DNA of 64,000 nt from Calditrichia bacterium (GTDB lineage: Bacteria > Calditrichota > Calditrichia > JAJRVZ01): NCBI GenBank assembly GCA_963777955.1, contig CAVZSQ010000022.1, positions 800,001 to 864,000 on the forward strand, read 5' to 3'. The notes beneath the pieces are model-generated. The model did not search any database, was not told the origin of the DNA, and saw nothing but the letters and a program-made list of their open reading frames with translations. The translations under genes were made by a program, and so were the position numbers. Each line of letters begins with the position of its first letter. Positions within the stretch are counted from its first letter, which is position 1. This document shows positions 1-9,660 of the stretch, piece after piece.

Positions 1-705
1 GACCGCCTGCGTATAGATCGTTTTCGCGATATCAGTCCGGGGGGAGGCAGATTTGTGTCGCTTTTCTATGCCCTGGAATGGAATGATTTTCTGATTGATT
101 TTGATACCGGTACGGGAATCAGTGCTGAAGTTTTTAAACCTTATAATTATCAAAAAACTGAACTGGACTGGGAGGAATATTTCAGCAATCCCCTGCTGCG
201 CTCGCATACTTTTGCAGCCAGGCTGCGGGCCGGTTATATTGACCGGTCGGTGGATGATTTCTTTCATTTGTTCGCCGGCGGATTTGTAGGCATGAAAGGT
301 TATTCTTACTATAGTATTGAAGGGACCAGAAAGGTAATCGGTACGTTCACTTATCGCCTGCCGATCGCGCGGAACATTAACCGGCAGATCGCCAATCTGT
401 ATTTTGATAAGTTATACCTGGGCCTGTTCTATGATTACGGTAATGCCTGGATTAAAGACAAAACCAGTTTCAATGATTTTAAACGCGATATCGGCGTACA
501 ATTGCGCCTGGAATGTTTTACCAATTATATATTTCCCACGAAAATATTCTGGGAAGCGGTCTATCCGCTGGAACGGGTGCAGAAAAATTCAGTGGTATAC
601 CGGCAGGACTGGCGTTACTATTTTGGAATATTATTTACTTTCGATGTGCGGGAACGCAACCGGTTTCAGGACCGGGACATTCCATATTCATTAAGTAAGT
701 TTTAA
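1..705 (+). CDS. C-terminal part of an Omp85/BamA-like outer-membrane beta-barrel protein (5' end outside window)
   Basis: Frame open from base 1. Barrel-end motifs: 'FAGGFVGMKGYSYY' (cf. GG..xRGY), 'LGLFYDYGNAW', 'FKRDIGVQLR', final strand 'YYFGILFTF'. Confidence 0.7.
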   Translation, partial: DRLRIDRFRDISPGGGRFVSLFYALEWNDFLIDFDTGTGISAEVFKPYNYQKTELDWEEYFSNPLLRSHTFAARLRAGYIDRSVDDFFHLFAGGFVGMKGYSYYSIEGTRKVIGTFTYRLPIARNINRQIANLYFDKLYLGLFYDYGNAWIKDKTSFNDFKRDIGVQLRLECFTNYIFPTKIFWEAVYPLERVQKNSVVYRQDWRYYFGILFTFDVRERNRFQDRDIPYSLSKF

Positions 706-726
706 TTTCCCCAAGAGGCAGGCTTT

Positions 727-1590
727 ATGAAAAAAGTCATGTTGATGGTAATTATCCTGGTTATTGTTGATCTGGCCGCTGCCGGCGAACAAAGCGGACT
801 GGTGTTCAACCGGCAACGTTTTGAACTGCTGACTCAAACATACCAGCGCATGGATTCGCTTTCGACCCGGGAGGTTGAAGCACAGCAAAAGTCGGTTTTT
901 TTAGCCACGGTATATTCCGGATTACTGCCCGGCAGCGGTGAATTTTACAGCGGGTCATACTGGAAAGCCGCTTTGTTCTTCGGAATAGAAGTAGCCGGCT
1001 GGACAACCTATATGATTTATAACCATAAAGGGGACAATGGTGATGAAACCATGCGCGCTTTTGCCGATAAAAATTGGAGTGAACAAAGATACTGGTCGAA
1101 ATTATATTACGAAGCCGAATTAGCCCAGTTACCGAATCTGCCTGCCTATGAACTGGATGATAATCATCTATTGATCAATTACAGTCCTGAAATGGTGAGC
1201 AGTCTGCGCTATCTGGAAGATGCGCTGGGGCATACTCATAAACTTCCGGCCAGCAGAACCCAGCAATACTACGAGATGATCTACAAATATTTAACCCAGT
1301 TTGGTAACGCCTGGCTCGATGCAGATTTTTTTATAACTTATTATGGTAACACCGATCTGATGACACCGATGATGTTTGAATACCGCGGAATGAGAAATGA
1401 TATGAATCATTTCTATGACGTTGCTTCCGGAAGCCTGAATGTAATTCTGATCAACCATGTATTAAGTGCCCTGGATGCAGCCCTGACCACCAGGAGTCAT
1501 AACCGTTCGCTGGCTGTTCAGGCCCGGGTCCGCAATATAGAATATTATGGAGAGAAGGTACAATTATATGGTTTGCAATTATCCTGGTAA
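727..1590 (+). CDS. Exported/membrane protein, DUF5683-like
   Basis: Signal peptide; 'KSVFLATVYSGLLPGSGEFY' motif; late 'NHVLSALDA' helix. Confidence 0.6.
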   Translation: MKKVMLMVIILVIVDLAAAGEQSGLVFNRQRFELLTQTYQRMDSLSTREVEAQQKSVFLATVYSGLLPGSGEFYSGSYWKAALFFGIEVAGWTTYMIYNHKGDNGDETMRAFADKNWSEQRYWSKLYYEAELAQLPNLPAYELDDNHLLINYSPEMVSSLRYLEDALGHTHKLPASRTQQYYEMIYKYLTQFGNAWLDADFFITYYGNTDLMTPMMFEYRGMRNDMNHFYDVASGSLNVILINHVLSALDAALTTRSHNRSLAVQARVRNIEYYGEKVQLYGLQLSW

Positions 1591-2338
1591 AATCAGTCTT
1601 CAGCGGCTGGCTTTATTCATTACTATTCTGCCGTTCATCATTAACGTTGGCCGGGCTCAGGTGCTTGAACCATCAGCACTGCTGACCATGATCCCGCCTG
1701 ACAGCAGTTATGTTTCTCCAGCAGAGAGAATAAATGCAAATCTGAGTTTGATGAATTCAGCAACTCATAAGTCGGCCGGCCGGGCCTTCTTTTACAGTTT
1801 ATTATTACCGGGTCTTGGTGAAGCATACACCGGAAACAGCAACTATACGAAATTCTTTATGACCGTGGAAGCAACCGGTTGGGGTATCTATCTGCTCAAT
1901 CATCTGCAGGTAGTTTCGGGTATGGAGGATTATAAGAATTTCGCGATTGATCATGCCGGCCTGAGCCGCGCCGGTAAGGATGCACAGTACTGGATCAATG
2001 TCGGCAAATATGATACGATATACGACTATAATGAGCAAAAACGAAGAGAAAGGGATGTGGCCGGGCTTTACAGCGAAAACACACAAAATTTCTGGCGTTG
2101 GGACAGTTATAATAACCGGTTGTACTATGACTGGAAGCGGATCCAGACCCGTGAACTGGAACGCAACCAGGTGTACCTGATCGGCGGCCTGGTGTTAAAT
2201 CATCTGTTGTCGGCAATCAATGCCTTGCGCCTGGCCAGAGTACATAACAAACACGCCGGGGCAATGAGCTGGGATTTCCGGATATCGGTCGATCCGTATC
2301 ACCAGGCTGCACTTTTTAACCTTCATAAGACGTTTTGA
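1547..2338 (+). CDS. Exported/membrane protein, DUF5683-like, paralog of the upstream gene
   Basis: 'KSAGRAFFYSLLLPGLGEAY' and 'NHLLSAINA' mirror motifs of 727..1590. The start may lie slightly downstream. Confidence 0.6.
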   Translation: MERRYNYMVCNYPGKISLQRLALFITILPFIINVGRAQVLEPSALLTMIPPDSSYVSPAERINANLSLMNSATHKSAGRAFFYSLLLPGLGEAYTGNSNYTKFFMTVEATGWGIYLLNHLQVVSGMEDYKNFAIDHAGLSRAGKDAQYWINVGKYDTIYDYNEQKRRERDVAGLYSENTQNFWRWDSYNNRLYYDWKRIQTRELERNQVYLIGGLVLNHLLSAINALRLARVHNKHAGAMSWDFRISVDPYHQAALFNLHKTF

Positions 2339-2419
2339 ACAAAAGAACCTGGCCGGAAAGTAAATTCAAATTATATAACTAGTGAATCAGATATAAATTC
2401 TTATTGCTGCTGAAAATTT

Positions 2420-3748
2420 ATGAATGCCCGGGAAGTCGCCTATTCAATTTTATTCCGTTTTGCACAGGAAAATGGAAGGCTGCATGAGCAGATCGCACTG
2501 GCTTTATCGGCAGGCGGTTTGAGTGATGGTGAAAAAAAGTATATATCCAATATTTGTTCGGGAGTTGTGCGCAATCTGGGTTTGATCGACTGGAAACTGA
2601 GCGGTCTGTATAACGGGGATTACAAGCACATGCTGAACAAAATTAAAACCATCTTACGCCTGGCCATGTACGAGTTGGATTACATGGATTTTATTCCGCC
2701 CCATGCCACGGTGAATGAATTTGCCAGCCTGGCGCGAAAAAAAATCAATGCCCTGGCCGCAGCACAGGTCAACGGTATATTGCGTAATTATCTCAGGGAA
2801 AAAGGGCGTTATGATCCCGAAAAGAAGTTCAAGTATATTGAAACCCAGCTTTCGATAAAATATTCATTTCCGGAGTGGATGGTTAAACGCTGGATACATT
2901 TCTGGGGCGAGGAAGAAACCCGGCAATTATGTGCAGCTTTCAATCAGCGTCCTTATTTTGACCTACGTATTAATACTTTACGGATAAAACCGCAGGAATT
3001 TCTGCAAATCCTGACCGCTAATAAAATTGAGTTCAGTCAGTCAGATATATTCCGGGAGGTGGTTAAGGTCTATGATATCCTTAAAATAACCAAACTTAAA
3101 TTGTTTGCCGATGGTTTATGCAGCGTCCAGGACGAAAGCGGGCAACTGGTCCTGGACCTGCTGGAACCGGTTGCCGATGGATGGCTGGTGGATGCCTGTG
3201 CGGCTCCCGGTGGTAAATTGACGGGAGTTCTGGAACGCCGGTTAAACGGGTATAAGATTATCGGACTGGATGTTAACATGCAGAGATTGAAAATTCTGCA
3301 GCAGAATTGCCGGCGGTTGGGTCTGCAGAACTACGTGTTAATCCAGAATGATGCCACCCGTCCGGCCCTGCGGCGCAGCAATTTTAAACAGATCCTGATC
3401 GATGCACCCTGTTCAGGATTAGGGTCGATTCAGAAACATCCCGATATCAAATGGCGCAGATCATTGCCGGAAATCCTGGAATTTCAGGATCTGCAATTGA
3501 GAATTTTAAAGGCTCAGGCAGAACTGCTGGCCAGTGGTGGATCGATGGTCTACAGTACCTGTACGATCGAACCAGCCGAAAATGAGGTAGTCATAGAGAA
3601 ATTTTTGGAGCTAAATGACGGGGATTTTGAGATCGATCCAATACCTGACCGGTTAGCCGCTTTCAGCCCCGACCGTAAATATCTGCGGACATTCCCGCAT
3701 CGCCATCAAATGGATGGTTCTTTTGCAGTTAGGTTAAGAAAAAAATAG
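2420..3748 (+). CDS. rsmB: 16S rRNA m5C967 methyltransferase RsmB/Sun
   Basis: NusB-like N-terminus; 'SVQDESG', 'DACAAPGGK', 'DAPCSGLG', 'YSTCT', 'DGSF' motifs. Confidence 0.93.
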   Translation: MNAREVAYSILFRFAQENGRLHEQIALALSAGGLSDGEKKYISNICSGVVRNLGLIDWKLSGLYNGDYKHMLNKIKTILRLAMYELDYMDFIPPHATVNEFASLARKKINALAAAQVNGILRNYLREKGRYDPEKKFKYIETQLSIKYSFPEWMVKRWIHFWGEEETRQLCAAFNQRPYFDLRINTLRIKPQEFLQILTANKIEFSQSDIFREVVKVYDILKITKLKLFADGLCSVQDESGQLVLDLLEPVADGWLVDACAAPGGKLTGVLERRLNGYKIIGLDVNMQRLKILQQNCRRLGLQNYVLIQNDATRPALRRSNFKQILIDAPCSGLGSIQKHPDIKWRRSLPEILEFQDLQLRILKAQAELLASGGSMVYSTCTIEPAENEVVIEKFLELNDGDFEIDPIPDRLAAFSPDRKYLRTFPHRHQMDGSFAVRLRKK

Positions 3749-3783
3749 ATAAAATGACCGGGTACTAAAACAGGTAAAATTTA

Positions 3784-3812
3784 TTGCCAAACCGATTATA
3801 ATTATTTAAATT
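3784..3812 (+). promoter_or_regulatory. Putative sigma70 promoter of the ffh operon
   Basis: TTGCCA-N17-TAAATT ending 28 nt before the ffh ATG. Confidence 0.4.
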
Positions 3813-3840
3813 AAAAAGCTCTAATGAAAAGTTGGGATTC

Positions 3841-5161
3841 ATGTTAGAAGATTTAACACGCAGGCTGGAAGCGGTTTTTCAGAAATTACGGGGTTATGGA
3901 AAGTTAAGTGAAAGTAATATTGCTGAAGCGCTTAAGGAAATTCGACGGGCTCTGCTGGAAGCGGATGTAAATTTTAAGGTTGTCAAGGATTTCATTTCAG
4001 CGGTACAGGAACAGGCGCTGGGTCAGGAGGTTTATCGCAGTGTAACGCCCGGTCAGATGATCGTCAAGATCGTGCATGACCAACTGGTCAAACTATTAGG
4101 GGAAACCAGCACTCAACTTAAAACTGCCGGTATTCCGCCCACGATCATTATGCTGGCCGGTTTACAGGGTTCAGGTAAAACCACTTTTGCCGGGAAGTTA
4201 GCCGGTTTTTTACGGAAAAAAGGTCGCCACCCCATGTTGGCGGCAGCGGACATATACCGCCCCGCCGCTGTCGAACAATTAAAAATTGTTGGTCAGCAAT
4301 TAAATATTCCGGTCTATAGTGCTCAGGTGCAGGATGCGGTGCAAATCTGTATCGAAGCCGTTCAGGCAGCACGGAACCAGTCTTGTGATTTGTTGATTAT
4401 CGATACAGCCGGGCGGATGCATATCGATGCCGAAATGATGGCAGAAGCGGAGCGCATCAAGGCCCGGATCAAACCGCATGAAATTTTGTTTGTGGCTGAT
4501 GGGATGACCGGACAGGATGCAGTTACCGTAGCCCGGGAGTTCAATGACCGGCTGGAATTCGACGGTATTGTGCTGACCAAACTGGATGGAGATACACGCG
4601 GCGGTGCAGCTCTTTCCATCCGCGCGGTAACACATAAGCCCATTAAATTTATTGCTACGGGTGAGAAAATATGATGCCATCGAGCAATTTTTTCCCGAGC
4701 GCATGGCTTCACGAATACTGGGGATGGGCGATGTTATCTCCCTGGTCGAAAAAGCACAGCAGGCGGTAAACCAGGAACAGGCCGAAAAACTTGAAAAGAA
4801 ATTACGCCGGGAAGATTTTAACCTGGAAGATTTTTTCGATCAATTGCAGCAGTTAAAAAAGATGGGGCCGCTCGATCAGTTGCTTAATATGATTCCCGGA
4901 CTGGGATCGCAATTGCGCGATGTCAAGATTGAAGACAAACAGTTCGGTAAATTAGAAGCCATCATCAGTTCAATGACCGTTAAGGAGCGGCAGAATCCGC
5001 GCATTATTAATGGCAGCAGGAGAAGAAGAATCGCCGGCGGCAGCGGTACCCGGGTGCAGGATATCAATCAGTTTTTAAATCAATTCGGTCAAATGAAAAA
5101 AATGATACAAAAGATGAAAAGGATGCCGATGAGAGGGTTGGGTAAAATCCCTCTGGCATGA
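3841..5161 (+). CDS. ffh: Signal recognition particle protein Ffh (split by a +1 indel at ~4667-4670, probably an assembly error)
   Basis: 'ALLEADVN', 'GLQGSGKTT', 'DTAGR', 'TKLDGD', then 'PERMASRILGMGD' and the M domain in the next frame. Removing one A from gagaaaatat restores GEKYDAIE. Confidence 0.96.
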
Positions 5162-5192
5162 TCAACCATAGGAAAGTTAGGAGGTATTAAAG

Positions 5193-5714
5193 TTGGCAGT
5201 AAGATTAAGATTGCGACGCATGGGACGGAAAAAGAAACCTTTTTACCGTATAGTAGCCGCCGACCAGAGAGCAGCGCGGACCGGCGGATTTTTGGAAGTG
5301 CTGGGGATTTATGATCCTTTGCTCAAACCGCATAAAGTCGAGCTGAATGAGGAACGTATTGCTTATTGGCTGGAGCGGGGTGCACAGCCTTCCGATACCG
5401 TGCGTAGTTTACTTAAACAGAAAGGTATCAGCTATAAGCGTGAACTGGCTAAAAAAGGGCTGGAGGCGGAGAAGATCGTTGAAGAAATGAGAAAATGGGA
5501 AGTCGTGCAGATCGAAAAAGGCAGACGTCGTGAAGCTGCCAAAACCCGTGCTAAAAAAACCAAAGCGGAGAAAGCAGAATCCGCTGAAGCCAAACCAGAT
5601 GTTCAACCGGCGGATGCCGGTGCCGGTGCAGCCACCGCCGCTGCTGCGGTTGTTGTCGAAAAACCGGCGCAGGCGGATAAAACTCAGGAATCAGCTGAAA
5701 ACCCGCAAAAGTAG
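5193..5714 (+). CDS. rpsP: 30S ribosomal protein S16 with long Ala/Lys/Glu-rich C-terminal tail
   Basis: 'VRLRLRRMGRKKKPFYRIVAAD', 'GAQPSDTV'; AGGAGG SD before the TTG start. Confidence 0.96.
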   Translation: MAVRLRLRRMGRKKKPFYRIVAADQRAARTGGFLEVLGIYDPLLKPHKVELNEERIAYWLERGAQPSDTVRSLLKQKGISYKRELAKKGLEAEKIVEEMRKWEVVQIEKGRRREAAKTRAKKTKAEKAESAEAKPDVQPADAGAGAATAAAAVVVEKPAQADKTQESAENPQK

Positions 5715-5739
5715 CCTCGTTTGCAGAGCGGGCTTTTCT
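5714..5739 (+). terminator. Possible intrinsic terminator/attenuator after rpsP
   Basis: GCC(T)CGTT/AGCGGGC hairpin followed by TTTTCT. Confidence 0.35.
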
Positions 5740-5862
5740 GGACAGATTGTGTACCGTCATGGTCTTGCTGATAGAATTATGTGAATATAATACATGCAAT
5801 ATGCTAATATAATGCAGGTCTAATTTAATCGTTCACAACAGTACTACACAGGAGGAAGTGAG

Positions 5863-6093
5863 ATGAAAGAATTCGTAGAGTACATTGCAAAGCACCTGGT
5901 TGACAAACCCGATGAAGTACAGGTAACAGAAGTGGATGGCGAACGGGTAACGGTGTACGAATTGCGCGTAGGTGAAGGAGACCTTGGCAAAGTAATCGGT
6001 AAGCATGGTCAAACCGCCAAGTCGATCCGCACCCTGCTGGGTGCTGCCTCGGCTAAAGCGGGTAAACGGGCGGTCCTGGAAATTCTGGAGTAG
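5863..6093 (+). CDS. khpA: KH-domain RNA-binding protein KhpA (YlqC/UPF0109)
   Basis: 'LVDKPDEV', '[20 protein letters not shown]' GxxG loop; conserved position between rpsP and rimM. Confidence 0.93.
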   Translation: MKEFVEYIAKHLVDKPDEVQVTEVDGERVTVYELRVGEGDLGKVIGKHGQTAKSIRTLLGAASAKAGKRAVLEILE

Positions 6094-6130
6094 CGGCGAT
6101 GTCCCTTGTTTTGGAAATCGCCTGATCCTG

Positions 6131-6638
6131 ATGTATTTGATCGGAAACGTTCTCAGGCCGCAGGGACTAAGTGGTGAGGTGAAAGTAGCAGTCTGTCTCT
6201 CCCCGACCGGAGCGTTTTAATTTGTTAAAGAGAGTATACTTAAAAAAAGATAATGTACAGACCTATACGATTGAAGCGGTTCGACTGACCGCGGGAATCG
6301 GGAGGTTTGTATATATAAAATTTAAAGAAGTAACTACGCGTACAGCGGCTGAATCACTGCGCGGTGCAGAAATTCTGGTTGAGCAACAGGACCTGATTCA
6401 GTTGCAGCAGGATGAATATTTTATTCATGATTTGATCGGTTGCCGGGTGCTCAGCGAACAGGGTGTGTACATCGGTGAAATTATCGATGTACTGCAACTC
6501 AGCAGCAACGATGTGTATGTGCTGCAATCTGAAACCGGCAAAGAGATATTGATTCCGGCCATAAAAGAGGTTGTTAAAAAGATTGCTCCGGAATCGAAAC
6601 AGGTTATTGTTCACCTGCTGGAAGGATTAATAGATTAG
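6131..6638 (+). CDS. rimM: Ribosome maturation factor RimM (split by an indel near 6188)
   Basis: N-terminal 'IGNVLRPQGLSGEVKV' in one frame; 'EYFIHDLIGCRV', 'NDVY', 'EILIP' in the next frame; synteny. Confidence 0.92.
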
Positions 6639-6647
6639 TTCCCAGAT

Positions 6648-7355
6648 ATGATCGTTGATATCGTTACAGCCTTTCCTGCCATGGTGGCCGGTCCCATTCA
6701 GGAAAGCATGATCAAGCGGGCGGTGGATAACCAGGCGGTGCAAATCCGCATCCATAATCTGCGCAGCTGGACCAAAGACAGGCATCAGACGATCGATGAT
6801 ACCCCTTATGGCGGTGGGGCGGGAATGATATATAAAGTGGAACCGCTGTACGATTGCCTGCAGGATGTTCAGTCGCAGGATAAATCAGCCCGGCAGGAAC
6901 TGATCCTGACTTCACCGCGCGGGCGGTTATTCGATCAACCAACGGCAGTACGGTTATCGCTGCTGGACCGCGTGATAATTGTCTGTGGTCATTACAAAGG
7001 GATTGACGAACGGATTAAACAGTTTTTCCCTTTGCAGGAAATATCGATAGGCGATTATGTTCTATCGGCAGGAGAACTGGCGGCGCTGGTAATCGTGGAT
7101 GCTCTGGTACGGTTACTGCCAGGCACTCTGCATGATATCGATTCTGCCTTCAGCGATTCTTTCTGCGAAGGCCTGCTGGATTGTGATTATTATACACGTC
7201 CGGAGGAATTTAAAGGAGTGGAAATTCCGAAAATACTATGCTCGGGAGATCATCAGAAAATAGCGGAATGGAAACAGCAGCAACGGGAACAGATTACCAG
7301 AGAACGTCGTCCGGATTTATATCGTAAATATCAAAAGTTAAATAAATCGAAGTAG
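6648..7355 (+). CDS. trmD: tRNA (guanine37-N1)-methyltransferase TrmD
   Basis: 'DDTPYGGGAGM', 'CGHYKGIDER', 'ISIGDYVLSAGE', 'YTRP', 'SGDH'. Confidence 0.97.
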   Translation: MIVDIVTAFPAMVAGPIQESMIKRAVDNQAVQIRIHNLRSWTKDRHQTIDDTPYGGGAGMIYKVEPLYDCLQDVQSQDKSARQELILTSPRGRLFDQPTAVRLSLLDRVIIVCGHYKGIDERIKQFFPLQEISIGDYVLSAGELAALVIVDALVRLLPGTLHDIDSAFSDSFCEGLLDCDYYTRPEEFKGVEIPKILCSGDHQKIAEWKQQQREQITRERRPDLYRKYQKLNKSK

Positions 7356-7364
7356 GAAAATAAA

Positions 7365-7703
7365 ATGGACCTTATTAACACAGTAACTGCCAATCAGTTA
7401 CGTTCAGATATCCCGGATTTCAAACCGGGAGATACTCTGCGCGTGCATGCCAGAGTTATTGAAGGTGAAAAGGAAAGGATTCAGGTATTTGAGGGTGTAT
7501 GTTTGCGCAGACGCGGTAATGGCATACATGCCACTTTTACCGTTCATAAAGTTTCCAATGGTATCGGCGTGGAACGTACTTTTCCCTTGCACTCACCGCG
7601 GATTTCTAAAATAGAGAATAAGAAAACGGGCAAGGTGCGCCGGGCCAAGTTGTATTATCTGCGGAAACTGCGCGGCAAAGCAGCGCGTATATCTGAACAA
7701 TAA
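7365..7703 (+). CDS. rplS: 50S ribosomal protein L19
   Basis: 'PDFKPGDT', 'ERIQVFEG', '[11 protein letters not shown]', '[12 protein letters not shown]'. Confidence 0.98.
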   Translation: MDLINTVTANQLRSDIPDFKPGDTLRVHARVIEGEKERIQVFEGVCLRRRGNGIHATFTVHKVSNGIGVERTFPLHSPRISKIENKKTGKVRRAKLYYLRKLRGKAARISEQ

Positions 7704-7895
7704 ACGGTTTCCCCTGATCGGGCGGATCCCCGCACAGAAGAGTTGTTCCCGGACGGCCACAACCTGTCTGCACGATATAAGTCCGCAGCGCCTAATAGCG
7801 GAGTCGACAACACTGATTTTGCAGACTTTATAAAGTTCCGACCGGCGTACGGCCATTTTAAAAACATTGATACCTGAGTCTTTTCGGCACGCTCC
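7704..7895 (-). ncRNA. Candidate structured non-coding RNA, family unidentified
   Basis: GC-rich ~190-nt intergenic block with several helices that gain G-U pairs on the minus strand; minus-strand TATAAT at 7904-7899. Confidence 0.35.
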
Positions 7896-7962
7896 ACTAT
7901 TATAATTATTGTTTTTTTCCTTATTGAAAAAATCTTTAAATTTATTCAAGAAAGGAATTTAG

Positions 7963-9657
7963 GTGCACAAACTACTGCGTGTTTGTATTTGCTTCATCTC
8001 ATTACTATTGATCCATTCGCAATTTTATTGTGCCGCCCGTGGTGATCCCGATGGGGGGCCGAAAGATCTGATCCCGCCGCAGATTATCGAGACTTTTCCA
8101 CTTCCTGATTCGACAGGTATTAAGAATCTGTCCGAAATCGAACTGACCTTTTCTGAGAGGATGGATGATGGCTCGGTAAACCAATCCGTTTTTATTTCCC
8201 CGCTGCTAAAGTATAAAGCGGATTGGTCTGGCTGGGACAATCTGGTTCTGAAAGTTACGGATACTCTGCGTTCCGATGTTACCTATGTGGTCACGGTCGG
8301 TTCAGCCGCCAGAGACCAGCAAAAAAACAGGATGAAGGAGTCCTATCAACTGGCCTTCAGCACCGGTACGCACATTGATCGTGCAAATATTTCCGGCCAG
8401 GTGTACGGCATGTCCAAACAGGATGTCTTATATGTCTATGCTTACAAGCTGACCGCCGCAGATACATTAAATCCTCTCCGGCAATATGCCGACTATTTAA
8501 GTCAACCCGGCGAGGACGGTTTGTATAAACTGAATTATCTTGCCCCGGGTACTTACCGGATTCTGCTCATTGAAGATCTTAATAAAAATTTATTGTTCGA
8601 TTTAAATTATGAGCGGATTGGAATTCCCGCTAAAGATGTTGTCTTAGATTCTGGTTCGAGTGCCATGACAGACCTGAACTTTACACTCAGCAAGGTGGAT
8701 ACGACTCCGCCTCTTATCACCGGAGCGCGGGCTTTGAATAACCGCACCGTATTATTAAGATGCAGTGAAATATTGAGATCCCTTAGTTCAGATCAACTTC
8801 TGATCTGTGATTCACTTCATACCGATACACTGCAGATTAAGGCGCTGAGTCCCAATAAAGAGGACGGCAAACAGTATTTTATTTATACCGCGGTCCAACC
8901 GGAAAAAACTACCTATTATTTATCAATCCCGGTCATCGCCGATAGTTGCGGTAATGTACAACCTAAATCCCAGATCGTGACCTTCAGTACTTCGGAACAG
9001 GTCGATACAACCAGTTTTAAAATACCCAAAGTCGCTCCGGCTGATAGTGCCAGCAAGTTATCTTTAAGCAGTACCATTACTCTTGAATTCGCCCTGCCGG
9101 TTGACACAACAAATCTATCCCGGGCATTTTCGATTCGGGATGAGCAACAAACCAAATTGACCGGCAAGTGGGTCTGGGAAAATCTGAAAAAGGGTTTCTT
9201 TACTGCTGACGGGGGATTTAAACCGGGCCGATCATACCGGTTTCAAGTGCTGACCCGGGAATTACGGTCGGTGTGGGGCGATACCCTGGCAGATTCCACT
9301 ATTGACCGTACAATCTATACACTCTCTGTTGATGAGTTCGGATCGCTAGCGGGTCGCTATAATAGTGAAAAACCGTTGCCGTATGATGTTTTCTTGGATA
9401 TTTTATCAGTGCGGGACAGAAAAAAAGTTAAACGGGTACAACTCAATGCCGATAATACTTTTCAGGCAGACTTGCTTACCGAGGGATATTATCAATTGAG
9501 TGGTTTTGTTGATTTGAACAAAGATGGCGAGCATTCTACCGGCAGTCTTTTTCCATTTCAATTTGCGGAACCGTTCTATATGCAGACCGATACTATACGC
9601 GTGCGTAAACGCTGGGAAACCGAAAATATTCAATTCATCATTCCGGGAGTGCAATAA
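7963..9657 (+). CDS. Ig-like (Big_5) domain lipoprotein
   Basis: Lipoprotein-like 'FYCAARGDPDGGPKD..PP' start typical of FCB Ig-like proteins; repeated 'LTFSE/LEFALP' and 'DTTPP' Big_5 signatures. Confidence 0.75.
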   Translation: MHKLLRVCICFISLLLIHSQFYCAARGDPDGGPKDLIPPQIIETFPLPDSTGIKNLSEIELTFSERMDDGSVNQSVFISPLLKYKADWSGWDNLVLKVTDTLRSDVTYVVTVGSAARDQQKNRMKESYQLAFSTGTHIDRANISGQVYGMSKQDVLYVYAYKLTAADTLNPLRQYADYLSQPGEDGLYKLNYLAPGTYRILLIEDLNKNLLFDLNYERIGIPAKDVVLDSGSSAMTDLNFTLSKVDTTPPLITGARALNNRTVLLRCSEILRSLSSDQLLICDSLHTDTLQIKALSPNKEDGKQYFIYTAVQPEKTTYYLSIPVIADSCGNVQPKSQIVTFSTSEQVDTTSFKIPKVAPADSASKLSLSSTITLEFALPVDTTNLSRAFSIRDEQQTKLTGKWVWENLKKGFFTADGGFKPGRSYRFQVLTRELRSVWGDTLADSTIDRTIYTLSVDEFGSLAGRYNSEKPLPYDVFLDILSVRDRKKVKRVQLNADNTFQADLLTEGYYQLSGFVDLNKDGEHSTGSLFPFQFAEPFYMQTDTIRVRKRWETENIQFIIPGVQ

Positions 9658-9660
9658 ATC

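Noticed and set aside
4652..4674. Programmed frameshift or selenocysteine readthrough at the ffh TGA
   Set aside because: The continuation is in another frame, one extra A in a homopolymer explains it, and similar indels occur throughout the window.
7704..7895. SRP RNA (ffs), suggested by proximity to ffh
   Set aside because: I could not find the conserved helix-8 CAGG-GNRA-AGCA signature on either strand.
7593..7949. Minus-strand ORFs of 118 and 80 aa after rplS
   Set aside because: Both overlap the rplS 3' end on the opposite strand, lack protein-like motifs, and the region is better explained as structured RNA.
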